Made by a program: the position numbers and the translations under genes
Assembly: GCA_963663765.2 (NCBI GenBank)
Contig: CAXXUA010000003.1
Location: forward strand, 160,001-224,000
DNA: 64,000 bases
Source: Candidatus Poribacteria bacterium
GTDB lineage: Bacteria > Poribacteria > WGA-4E > WGA-3G
Direction: 5' to 3'
Notes under the pieces: model-generated
The model's input: the letters and a program-made list of their open reading frames with translations, nothing else
What the model was told of the DNA's origin: nothing
Databases searched by the model: none
Shown: positions 50,346-58,958 of the stretch, piece after piece
Layout: each line of letters starts with the position of its first letter
Numbering within the stretch: the stretch's first letter is position 1

Positions 50346-51119
50346 TTGCTTGATGTCCAAAACCTCTGCAAATCCATTGACAAACAGCCGTTTTTCACAG
50401 AACTCACGTTTCAGGTGGCAGCGGGACAATCGCTTATCTTACTCGGCAAAAACGGCGCGGGGAAAACACTTCTGCTAAACATCTTGGCAACCTTGGTTGA
50501 ACCGACATCAGGCTCTGTGCATATTGGTGGAATAGATGCATTCTCAAACTTGAAACAGGTACGACCACAAATCGGCTATATACCGATTGACTTTGAAGGA
50601 TACCCAGAGTTGTCTGTCGTTGACTATCTCAATTTTTTCGCTGCTGCATATAAATTAGAGAAACAGGAACGCACTGCGACAATTGATGCTGTGCTTGAAT
50701 TAATGGACATTCAGCATCTTAGGGACATCAGAATTGGTTCGTTGTCAACAGGCGAACGTCAACGTCTGTTATTTGCAAAAACCTTTCTTCACGAACCACT
50801 GCTGTGGTTGCTTGATGAACCGTTAGCACCACTTGACCCACGCGGGCAAATTGAGATGGTAGAATTGATCGGGGAACTTCAGGCAATGGGGAAAACGCTT
50901 GTCCTTGCAACTAATCGCTTGGAAGATGTGTATAAACTGTGTGATATGGGTTCAGGTAATTCACAAAAAAATAATCTCGTAGGAATTCTCAAAGATGGAC
51001 AGTTCGCTGTTTTGAATACTTTTACCCAGTTACAGCAAAATATAAAAGATTCAAAAAATTCAGAGGATATTCAATCAAACTGGCTTTTTGAACACTATAT
51101 GGAGGTTACAAAAACGTAA
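50346..51119 (+). CDS. ABC transporter ATP-binding protein (exporter type)
   Basis: GKNGAGKT, LSTGERQR, LLDEP; H-loop reads ATN. Confidence 0.88.
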   Translation: MLDVQNLCKSIDKQPFFTELTFQVAAGQSLILLGKNGAGKTLLLNILATLVEPTSGSVHIGGIDAFSNLKQVRPQIGYIPIDFEGYPELSVVDYLNFFAAAYKLEKQERTATIDAVLELMDIQHLRDIRIGSLSTGERQRLLFAKTFLHEPLLWLLDEPLAPLDPRGQIEMVELIGELQAMGKTLVLATNRLEDVYKLCDMGSGNSQKNNLVGILKDGQFAVLNTFTQLQQNIKDSKNSEDIQSNWLFEHYMEVTKT

Positions 51120-51892
51120 TGTCAGAAATCGGTAATTTCTTTCAGGAGAACGGCTACTATTTTGCAAAGGGTGTTTATTCACCCGAAGCGGTCAAACTCA
51201 TGGAGCACGCATTTGATCGTGCTGTAGACCAGTTGGTAAAAAGCGATGAGAACATAAATGCACGCTGGGGTGGTAGTTTGATGGACGCTCTGGATGGAGG
51301 GGAATCTATTGTTATCCATACACACAATATACAAAGTTTTTCTGGTGTGTGGATGCAGGCATTTGTGCACGACAAGTTTCTTGACATCACAGAAGAGATC
51401 CTTGGACCAGATATTATGCTTCACCATTCCAAACTTTTCTGCAAACCACCAGAGAAAGGTTCACCCTTTCCGATGCATCAGGATTGGCAATACTTCCCAT
51501 CAGTCAAAGATACGATGATTGCCGCCATCATATATGTATCTGATGCAACAGATGAAATGGGATGTGTCCGTGTATATCCCGGTTCACACAAGGAACTCGG
51601 ACGAACTGATGGCATGATGGGTGGCGGACAGAACGAAGAAATGACAAAACGTTACCCAATTGAGAAAGCCACAGTGTTAGAAGCAGAAGCAGGAGATGTG
51701 CTTTTCTTTAGTTACTTCACACTACACGGTTCAATGCCGAACCGTTCTAACAAAACGCGCAAGAGTGTACTTGTCCAGATGCATGCAGGTGACGATCAGA
51801 TTGAGGGTGAAAATCGGCACACCAACGTGCAATTAGTACTTCGGGGTTGGAATCATTTCGCTACCCGTTCTTCTGTCGGTAGAATTAGATGA
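51119..51892 (+). CDS. Phytanoyl-CoA dioxygenase (PhyH) family protein
   Basis: FFQENGY, KPPEKGSPFPMHQDW, GCVRVYPGSH, AGDVLFF...LHGS. Confidence 0.9.
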   Translation: MSEIGNFFQENGYYFAKGVYSPEAVKLMEHAFDRAVDQLVKSDENINARWGGSLMDALDGGESIVIHTHNIQSFSGVWMQAFVHDKFLDITEEILGPDIMLHHSKLFCKPPEKGSPFPMHQDWQYFPSVKDTMIAAIIYVSDATDEMGCVRVYPGSHKELGRTDGMMGGGQNEEMTKRYPIEKATVLEAEAGDVLFFSYFTLHGSMPNRSNKTRKSVLVQMHAGDDQIEGENRHTNVQLVLRGWNHFATRSSVGRIR

Positions 51893-52127
51893 TAATCAAT
51901 AGTACTATTCACGATAGATGACCTATTATCGTTGTGGATAATTGTGGTATAAGAAATGTATAAAGTGTTATAATTTCTTGCATAGCGATTGACCTTTCAT
52001 AGGCATTATATGGCTTTTATTGCTTTAGATCATCTGACCAATTTACTCAACCATTTTTGGCGAAGGTATTGATACTGTACGAACATTTTTGAGGACGTTT
52101 GCAGGTGTCTTAACAACGGAGTTTAAT

Positions 52128-52439
52128 GTGAAAAAACAAACAATTCTCAGCAAAGAATCAATTAAGCAGAGTCTTGTGGACAATCAAAAGACCTTGCGAA
52201 AACACGGAGTCAAACGAATCGGCTTGTTCGGATCCTACGTACGCGGGACAGCATCCACCGAAAGCGACATTGATTTCATTGTTGAACTCGAAAGACTGAC
52301 CCTTCGCGACTACATGGGATTAGCTCTTTTTCTTGAAGACCTATTTAAGAAGGATGTTGACCTAATAACTACTACATCCATCAAACCGCGCCTAAAACCT
52401 TATATTGAAAAAGAGATAGAGTATGTCACGAATCTATAG
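52128..52439 (+). CDS. mntA: Minimal nucleotidyltransferase antitoxin (MntA-like)
   Basis: GVKRIGLFGSYVRG...SDIDFIVE, LEDLFKKDVDL; GGAG RBS before GTG 52128. Confidence 0.88.
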   Translation: MKKQTILSKESIKQSLVDNQKTLRKHGVKRIGLFGSYVRGTASTESDIDFIVELERLTLRDYMGLALFLEDLFKKDVDLITTTSIKPRLKPYIEKEIEYVTNL

Positions 52440-52690
52440 CAGGACTTACGCAAAAACTGTAGGCGTGCTTTGTAAGCGCGCTGGAAATCCATAAAAACGC
52501 TGATAATTGCATCATTTTCATCATAATTCTTGATTAAATCAAGAAAACTGCGTAAGTCCTGTATAGTTTATATCTGCCAGATGTAGTGGAGGCTGCTGAA
52601 CGTATTGCATCGTACGTTGCAAACGTTTCTCAAAGTGAATTTGAAATGGATCAGATCGGAAAGAAACTGACGCTCTTGAGAAACATGTAA
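52423..52690 (+). pseudogene. hepT: HepT/DUF86 toxin gene disrupted by MITE and truncated
   Basis: Removing 52440-52561 plus one TATAG gives MSRIYSLYLPDVVEAAERIASYVANVSQSEFEMDQ..., a DUF86-like N-terminus overlapping the mntA stop; ends after 46 codons, no RxxxxH. Confidence 0.75.
52440..52561. mobile_element. 122-bp MITE with 13-bp TIRs and 5-bp TSD
   Basis: caggacttacgca / tgcgtaagtcctg flanked by TATAG on both sides; internal gtaggcgtgctttgtaagcgcgc hairpin; degenerate end also at ~12576. Confidence 0.9.
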
Positions 52691-52853
52691 ATTGGTTACG
52701 AATTTCACCACGCGCTTCTCCGAAACTTACATAGAAACCCAAAATAGATATAGTAAATACGCATTTTCATGCCGTTAGGCTTTGATTCTATTGATGATTA
52801 TTAGGTTCAAAATCACACTGAGAAATACCAGTTATTTTATTAAGGAGAATTAG

Positions 52854-53861
52854 ATGATAAGAGTTGCAAAAATTAGTATGGCGCATGTCCACGCAGGTGG
52901 TTATGCAAGACAGATTCACGAAAACCCCGAAACCGAACTCGTCGCTGTTTGGGACGAAGAGGGCTTCGATCATGGTGGGGGCGGCAAAGCAGCTGCAGAA
53001 AAATATGAAGTACCGTTCTACACCGACCTTGATGAGATGTTAAGCCGTGATGATGTTGACGCAGTCGCTGTTGATGCTGTAACATCTGACCATCCGCGTG
53101 TGATAATCGCCGCCGCAGAGGCAGGCAAACATATCTTCACCGAAAAGGCATTGGCTATCACAGTCGCAGAATGCGATCCGATTATTGATGCAGTGGAAAA
53201 AGCAGGTATAAAGTTTATGATTTCGCTTCCTTCAAGAGCGAATTCTGAGATTCTGTTTGCGAAGAGGGCAATTGATGATGGACTACTCGGTGATATAACA
53301 TTCGGCAGAGGACGGATTGCACACTCCGCTGCTCTTGATAAATGGTTCGGTGGTACAAGTGCATGGTTTGCAGACCCTATCCGTGCGGGTGGTGGTGCGC
53401 TCTTTGACTTAGGTTGCCACCGCGTTGATGTTATACGTTGGCTAATGGGTGAACCCAAGAGTGCAATCGCAAAGATAAACAACTTCACTGGCAACTTCCC
53501 AATTGATGACAATAGCGTTTCTGTTGTGGAATTTGCAAACAAAGCACTCGGTGTGATTGATGTTGCATGGACGCACCGTTCCGGTCCGAATATGTTGGAG
53601 ATTTACGGCACTGAAGGTTCGTATGCTGCAGGACACGGTGAAATGCATTTTCAGACTCGAAAACTCTCTGATGAAGAAAAAGCGAAATACATTGCCGATG
53701 CACCCGCAGCACCACCTTCACCATTGCAACAGTGGATCAATGCAATCCTCCGCGATGAACCTATGACAATCACTTTCCAAGATGGACGTAATCTAACAGA
53801 ACTGATGCAGGCATTTTATATGTCCTCTGAACAGGGGAAGGCAATAGAATTCCCGCTTTAA
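52854..53861 (+). CDS. Gfo/Idh/MocA family oxidoreductase
   Basis: AGKHIFTEKALA, AGGGALFDLGCH, LEIYGTEG. Confidence 0.9.
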   Translation: MIRVAKISMAHVHAGGYARQIHENPETELVAVWDEEGFDHGGGGKAAAEKYEVPFYTDLDEMLSRDDVDAVAVDAVTSDHPRVIIAAAEAGKHIFTEKALAITVAECDPIIDAVEKAGIKFMISLPSRANSEILFAKRAIDDGLLGDITFGRGRIAHSAALDKWFGGTSAWFADPIRAGGGALFDLGCHRVDVIRWLMGEPKSAIAKINNFTGNFPIDDNSVSVVEFANKALGVIDVAWTHRSGPNMLEIYGTEGSYAAGHGEMHFQTRKLSDEEKAKYIADAPAAPPSPLQQWINAILRDEPMTITFQDGRNLTELMQAFYMSSEQGKAIEFPL

Positions 53862-54040
53862 AGTCATACTAAACTTACGTGATATACTTGGATGTGCAAA
53901 AAAGGTACTATTTCAGTATGTATATTGCGTATTACATCTGACTTCCTGATATTTTAGTTGAACTTTTCGTGACGCACCATGTCACACAAAAGGAAGAAGG
54001 TGGCAGTTAATTTAACAATCAATTTAGAAGAGTAGATGAT

Positions 54041-57000
54041 ATGAATTCTGTACAAACGAAATTAGATAAAGCTCGCGCTGAACTGCTTGACTTAACCTTG
54101 CGTAACCCATTGATCAACTATAAACTTCTCAAGGCGCGAGGCATTGAGATTGTTGATGAATCTCCATCAGATATTTATCAGATACTTGTTCAAAATAAGA
54201 AAACTATGTCTTTCCTGCCAAGAGATGAAGATGATAGTTCTTTTCTGTTTGAAGATGAAGCGGAACATGATCCTGAGCGGTATACCGATACCAAACTTCA
54301 GACAAACCATTTCTCCCCTGAACTTCAAAAGCGTTTACGGAATACCGAGTATACGGAGCGAACGGCAATTGAAGAACAGGGAGTAACTACCCTCTATCTT
54401 GCGCTTGGTATGCTTGAATGGTATGAATCTGAATCCAGTGAGATTTTACGTAGTGCTCCACTAATTATGATACCTGTGGTACTCAACCGAACGAGTGTAC
54501 GTGCTAATTTTCGAGTTCAGTACACAGACGAAGACATTGGAACGAATCTATCACTTCAAGAAAAACTGAAAGCTGAGTTCAGTATTCAATTACCAGATCT
54601 TCCCGATGTGGATGACCTTAATCAGTCCACCATTCTAAGATACTTTGAAGAAGTAAGTGAGGTAATTGTTAACCAAAAGCAATGGTCAGTAAATGATTTA
54701 AAAATTGCACTCGGTTTTTTCTCATTTGCCAAGTTTCTGATGTACTGCGATTTAGACGTTAACAATTGGCCCGATAATACTCTCTCCAAACACCCAATAT
54801 TAGATTCAGTGCTCGTAAACGGATTTCAAGAACCAGACTCATCCATTGAGGATAGTGAACCCAACCTTGACCTACACCTGACTCCCGAAAATACGCATCA
54901 CGTAGTTAATGCAGACAGTTCACAAGCATTGGCTATCCATGATGTAAGTGAAGGACGAAATCTCGTTATTCAAGGACCGCCCGGTACAGGTAAATCACAA
55001 ACTATTACTAATTTGATTGCTGCATCTATAATGGAAGGGAAACGTGTGCTTTTTGTTGCTGAGAAGATGGCAGCTTTAGAAGTAGTCAAGCGGAATTTGG
55101 ACAAAATTGGACTTGGCAATGCTTGTTTAGAACTACATAGTCATAAGATGAACAAAAAAGCCGTTGTTGATGAACTAAGACGTATTCTTGATACCAGTGA
55201 ACCAAAAATAACAGACCTAAAACAAAAACTCGAGAATCTTCTTGATGATCGCAACCGTTTGAATAGATACTGTGAAGCAGTCAACACCCCAATTGGCGAG
55301 AGTGGTATCACACCTTATCAGGCGTATGGAGAACTTTTAGCCACACAACGCCTCCTCTCAGGAAGGGAACTGCCGACTTTAGCATCAAAAGATTTTCAAC
55401 ATTCAACATCTGAATTTGAAAAAGGATTGGCACTTACTGAAGTATGCCAAACACTCCTTAAGCGGATGGGTATACCCAAAAAACATCCGTTTTGGGGAAG
55501 TCGTTGTAAGGTCTTTCTTCCTGCTGATAGAGTATCACTTAAACAAGCATCTGCGGAAGCACGAGAAAGAGTTACCGAAGTCAAGAATTCATCTGAACAA
55601 CTTGCACAGCACCTCAAACTTGTGCCACCGGATACTTGTGATGAGGTTGAAAATCTCATCCGCGCGGCGCGTCATGTTATAGATGCACCAGACTTATCAG
55701 GTGTTGCTGTGCAGTCAACCGAATGGGAAACGCATAGTAGTGATTTTGAAGTAGGCTTTAAGGCAGGAGAAAAGTTAGACGAACTCCATAAAATACATGA
55801 TGATATGCTGATACGTGAAGCATGGGGACAAAATGTTTTAGAGATGCGGCAAAAGCTTGCTGCTCATGGAGATAAGTGGTGGCGTATACTCTCGGGAAAC
55901 TATCGACAGGCACTTAATGAACTCAAAGGTTTATGCTCACAACCACAATTACTACCAAAAACACATCATTCCCGACTCCGTATCGTTGATGCAATTCTTG
56001 AAGTGCAAAGTGAATCGCCTCAACTTGAGCAGATACAAGAGATCGGTCAAGAATTATTTGGTTCACACTGGCAAGGGCAATCCTCGAATTGGGATCAACT
56101 ACGTGAGATCATCAAATATATGTCTGCAACGCACCAATCGGTAGCAAACAAAGAATTACCTGAAGCAGTAGTTACATATCTTGCGTCAAATCCGAATTTG
56201 GAAGAACTTAAGGAATCACTTGCAACCGTTGAAAAACTTTTTAGCAACTATCCACATCTTCTTCAATCGGTGATTGATAAAATCCAACTTGATGAAAAAG
56301 TGCGTTTTGGGTGTGATGATGGATTAAAACAACTTCCATTTACTGAACAGATAAAAATCTTTAGATGTTGGGAAACTAAACCGGGCTGTCTCCAAGATAT
56401 GGTTTCGTATAATCACCATGTTGAAGCGTTAACGGATAACGGTTTCATTGAAATTGTAAAGGTTGCAAATGAATGGTCAGAAGCGGGAGAATATCTATCA
56501 GATTTACTCAAACAGACGTGGCACAACGTAAAAATTGAGACAGTAATGACAGAACGACCAATTCTTGCGGGTTTTAGTAGTGAGACCCATCAGCATATTT
56601 TAGAAAGGTTCAAAGAGTTAGATCGCATCTCACTTGACTACAATAAGGTAAAAGTAGCATACCAACATTGGAAACATTTGCCACAGTATGAAGCGTCAAG
56701 TGGACAATTAGGATTACTCAGGCGTGAATTTCAAAAAAAGCGACGACATCTCCCAATTCGTCAACTTATGACTAAAGCAGGAAATGCAATACAAGCAATT
56801 AAGCCTGTATTTATGATGAGTCCGCTCTCCGTAGCAACATTTATACCACCGAAAAGTGTTGACTTCGACTTAGTGGTTTTTGACGAAGCCAGCCAAGTAA
56901 AACCTGTTGATGCTTTCGGATCAATTGTTCGAGGTAAACAAACAGTAGTAGTTGGTGATACTCAACAACTACCACCTACCTCTTTCTTTGATAAACACAT

Positions 57001-58780
57001 AGCTGAAGATGATGATGACACGGAAGAAAACGTAACAGCCGATACAGAGAGTATTCTTGGCTTGTTTAGTGCTCAGACCTCGCCAGAACGGATGTTACGA
57101 TGGCATTACCGTAGCAGACATCCTTCGTTGATTGCAGTATCAAACTTTTGCTTTTACGATAATAAACTTATAATCTTTCCAAGTCCTGATGCCGCAAGAG
57201 AAAAAGTCGGATTGGTGTATCATTACCTACCTGATACTGCTTATGACCGTGGAGGGAGTAGAAGCAACTTGAAAGAGGCAAAAATAGTTGCAAAAAAAGT
57301 CATGGAACACGCACGCTTACGACCCCATTTGACACTTGGTGTCGCGACTTTTAGTACAGCACAAATGCAAGCAATTCAAGATCAGCTTGAACTACTGCGC
57401 AGAGAAGATCTATCATGTGAGGAAACATTCTTCAATGCTCATCCTGAAGAACCATTTTTTGTTAAAAATTTAGAAAACGTTCAAGGGGATGAACGTGATA
57501 TTATTTTTATTAGCATTGGATACGGGCGAGATGCTAATGGAAAACTTACGATGAACTTCGGACCTCTCGGTAGAGATGGTGGAGAAAGACGATTGAACGT
57601 TTTGATTACGCGAGCACGGCAGCGTTGTGAAGTGTTTACTAATCTTACTGCTGATGATATTGACCTAAGTCGTACCAATGCCCGCGGTGTTGCAGTCTTA
57701 AAACGTTATCTGAAATATGCGCAGACAGACGAAATTGACATCCCAGAACTGATCGGCAAACTACCAGACTCTCCGTTTGAGGTAGAGGTTGCAGATGCAT
57801 TGCGGGGATGTGGCTATGAAATTGATCATCAGATTGGTTCTGCTGGTTATTTCATCGACCTTGCGGTTAAGGATCCTGAACGCCCAGGACGTTACTTATT
57901 AGGGATTGAGTGTGACGGAGCAACCTATCACAGTGCTCAATCTGCTCGCGATAGAGATCGAATTAGGCAGGAAGTACTTGAAGGATTGGGTTGGCGTATC
58001 CATCGTATTTGGAGTACCGATTGGTTTAGGTTTCCAGACCGTGAACTCAAAAAAGCAGCTGAAGCGATTGAAGCAGCTAAGGCACACATACCCTTCTCTA
58101 TTGGTAAAACTCCAGAAGTTAATAATCATGATTCCAATGAAGATAAGGAAGAATCAGAAACAGAGGTTGAGGCAATTGATGATCCAACCCCAGAACCGAA
58201 ACCCAATTCCCAAACAAAAAAGTATCAACTTGCAGAACTATCTATTTCTACCAATGGGCTTGATTTACATGCAGTTCCGTCACGCCTGATAGCAAACTGG
58301 ATTCAGCAAGTTGTTGAAATTGAGAGTCCAGTACACCTTAACGAAGTAGCAAAACGCATCACAAGTGCTGCCGGACTGAAGAAGGTTGGCAATCGCATCC
58401 AAAAAGCGGTTGAAAATGCTGCGAGGACAGCAACTCGTTCTGAAGGTATTCAGATCAAAGAGACATCTCTATATGAGACATTTCTCTATTGGACTGGACA
58501 AAAAGAGATCACTGTGCGAGATCGTAGTGAACTTCCAAATACTTCACGCAAGTTTAAACTTATTGCACCTGAAGAAATACAAGAGGCAATCAAGTTGTGT
58601 GTATCGGAATCTTGCGGCATTGAACAAGACGATTTACCTCACGCAACTTGTAGGTTATTTGGTTTTAAAAAGGTTAATTGGAACATGCAAGACGAAATTG
58701 AAGGCATAATTTATAAAATGATTGAAAGCGGTGAGTTAACGGATAAAGCTGGCTCGTTGGTACTTACTACAGTAAAATAG
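54041..58780 (+). CDS. DUF4011-SF1 helicase-Vsr/MTES_1575-like nuclease-DUF3320 protein (Hhe-like anti-phage)
   Basis: LLDLTLRNPLIN (DUF4011), QGPPGTGKSQT, FDEASQ, VGDTQQLPPT, WHYRSRH, QGDERD, RLNVLITRAR, SPFE...IECDGATYH...RIWSTDW, VEIESPVH. Confidence 0.88.
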   Translation: MNSVQTKLDKARAELLDLTLRNPLINYKLLKARGIEIVDESPSDIYQILVQNKKTMSFLPRDEDDSSFLFEDEAEHDPERYTDTKLQTNHFSPELQKRLRNTEYTERTAIEEQGVTTLYLALGMLEWYESESSEILRSAPLIMIPVVLNRTSVRANFRVQYTDEDIGTNLSLQEKLKAEFSIQLPDLPDVDDLNQSTILRYFEEVSEVIVNQKQWSVNDLKIALGFFSFAKFLMYCDLDVNNWPDNTLSKHPILDSVLVNGFQEPDSSIEDSEPNLDLHLTPENTHHVVNADSSQALAIHDVSEGRNLVIQGPPGTGKSQTITNLIAASIMEGKRVLFVAEKMAALEVVKRNLDKIGLGNACLELHSHKMNKKAVVDELRRILDTSEPKITDLKQKLENLLDDRNRLNRYCEAVNTPIGESGITPYQAYGELLATQRLLSGRELPTLASKDFQHSTSEFEKGLALTEVCQTLLKRMGIPKKHPFWGSRCKVFLPADRVSLKQASAEARERVTEVKNSSEQLAQHLKLVPPDTCDEVENLIRAARHVIDAPDLSGVAVQSTEWETHSSDFEVGFKAGEKLDELHKIHDDMLIREAWGQNVLEMRQKLAAHGDKWWRILSGNYRQALNELKGLCSQPQLLPKTHHSRLRIVDAILEVQSESPQLEQIQEIGQELFGSHWQGQSSNWDQLREIIKYMSATHQSVANKELPEAVVTYLASNPNLEELKESLATVEKLFSNYPHLLQSVIDKIQLDEKVRFGCDDGLKQLPFTEQIKIFRCWETKPGCLQDMVSYNHHVEALTDNGFIEIVKVANEWSEAGEYLSDLLKQTWHNVKIETVMTERPILAGFSSETHQHILERFKELDRISLDYNKVKVAYQHWKHLPQYEASSGQLGLLRREFQKKRRHLPIRQLMTKAGNAIQAIKPVFMMSPLSVATFIPPKSVDFDLVVFDEASQVKPVDAFGSIVRGKQTVVVGDTQQLPPTSFFDKHIAEDDDDTEENVTADTESILGLFSAQTSPERMLRWHYRSRHPSLIAVSNFCFYDNKLIIFPSPDAAREKVGLVYHYLPDTAYDRGGSRSNLKEAKIVAKKVMEHARLRPHLTLGVATFSTAQMQAIQDQLELLRREDLSCEETFFNAHPEEPFFVKNLENVQGDERDIIFISIGYGRDANGKLTMNFGPLGRDGGERRLNVLITRARQRCEVFTNLTADDIDLSRTNARGVAVLKRYLKYAQTDEIDIPELIGKLPDSPFEVEVADALRGCGYEIDHQIGSAGYFIDLAVKDPERPGRYLLGIECDGATYHSAQSARDRDRIRQEVLEGLGWRIHRIWSTDWFRFPDRELKKAAEAIEAAKAHIPFSIGKTPEVNNHDSNEDKEESETEVEAIDDPTPEPKPNSQTKKYQLAELSISTNGLDLHAVPSRLIANWIQQVVEIESPVHLNEVAKRITSAAGLKKVGNRIQKAVENAARTATRSEGIQIKETSLYETFLYWTGQKEITVRDRSELPNTSRKFKLIAPEEIQEAIKLCVSESCGIEQDDLPHATCRLFGFKKVNWNMQDEIEGIIYKMIESGELTDKAGSLVLTTVK

Positions 58781-58958
58781 TAAACAAGATATTAGCATCT
58801 TTAGTAGAACGTGGTGAACTTGAAAAGCCAGATCGTGGTGAATATAGAATTGTTGAAGGAGGACTTTTACATCTTAACCTAAAACAACGTATTTCAGATA
58901 AAGAACTTAAGAAGAACAGTAGCAAACTTGCTGAGTAAAACAACAAAGGAAGCATATC

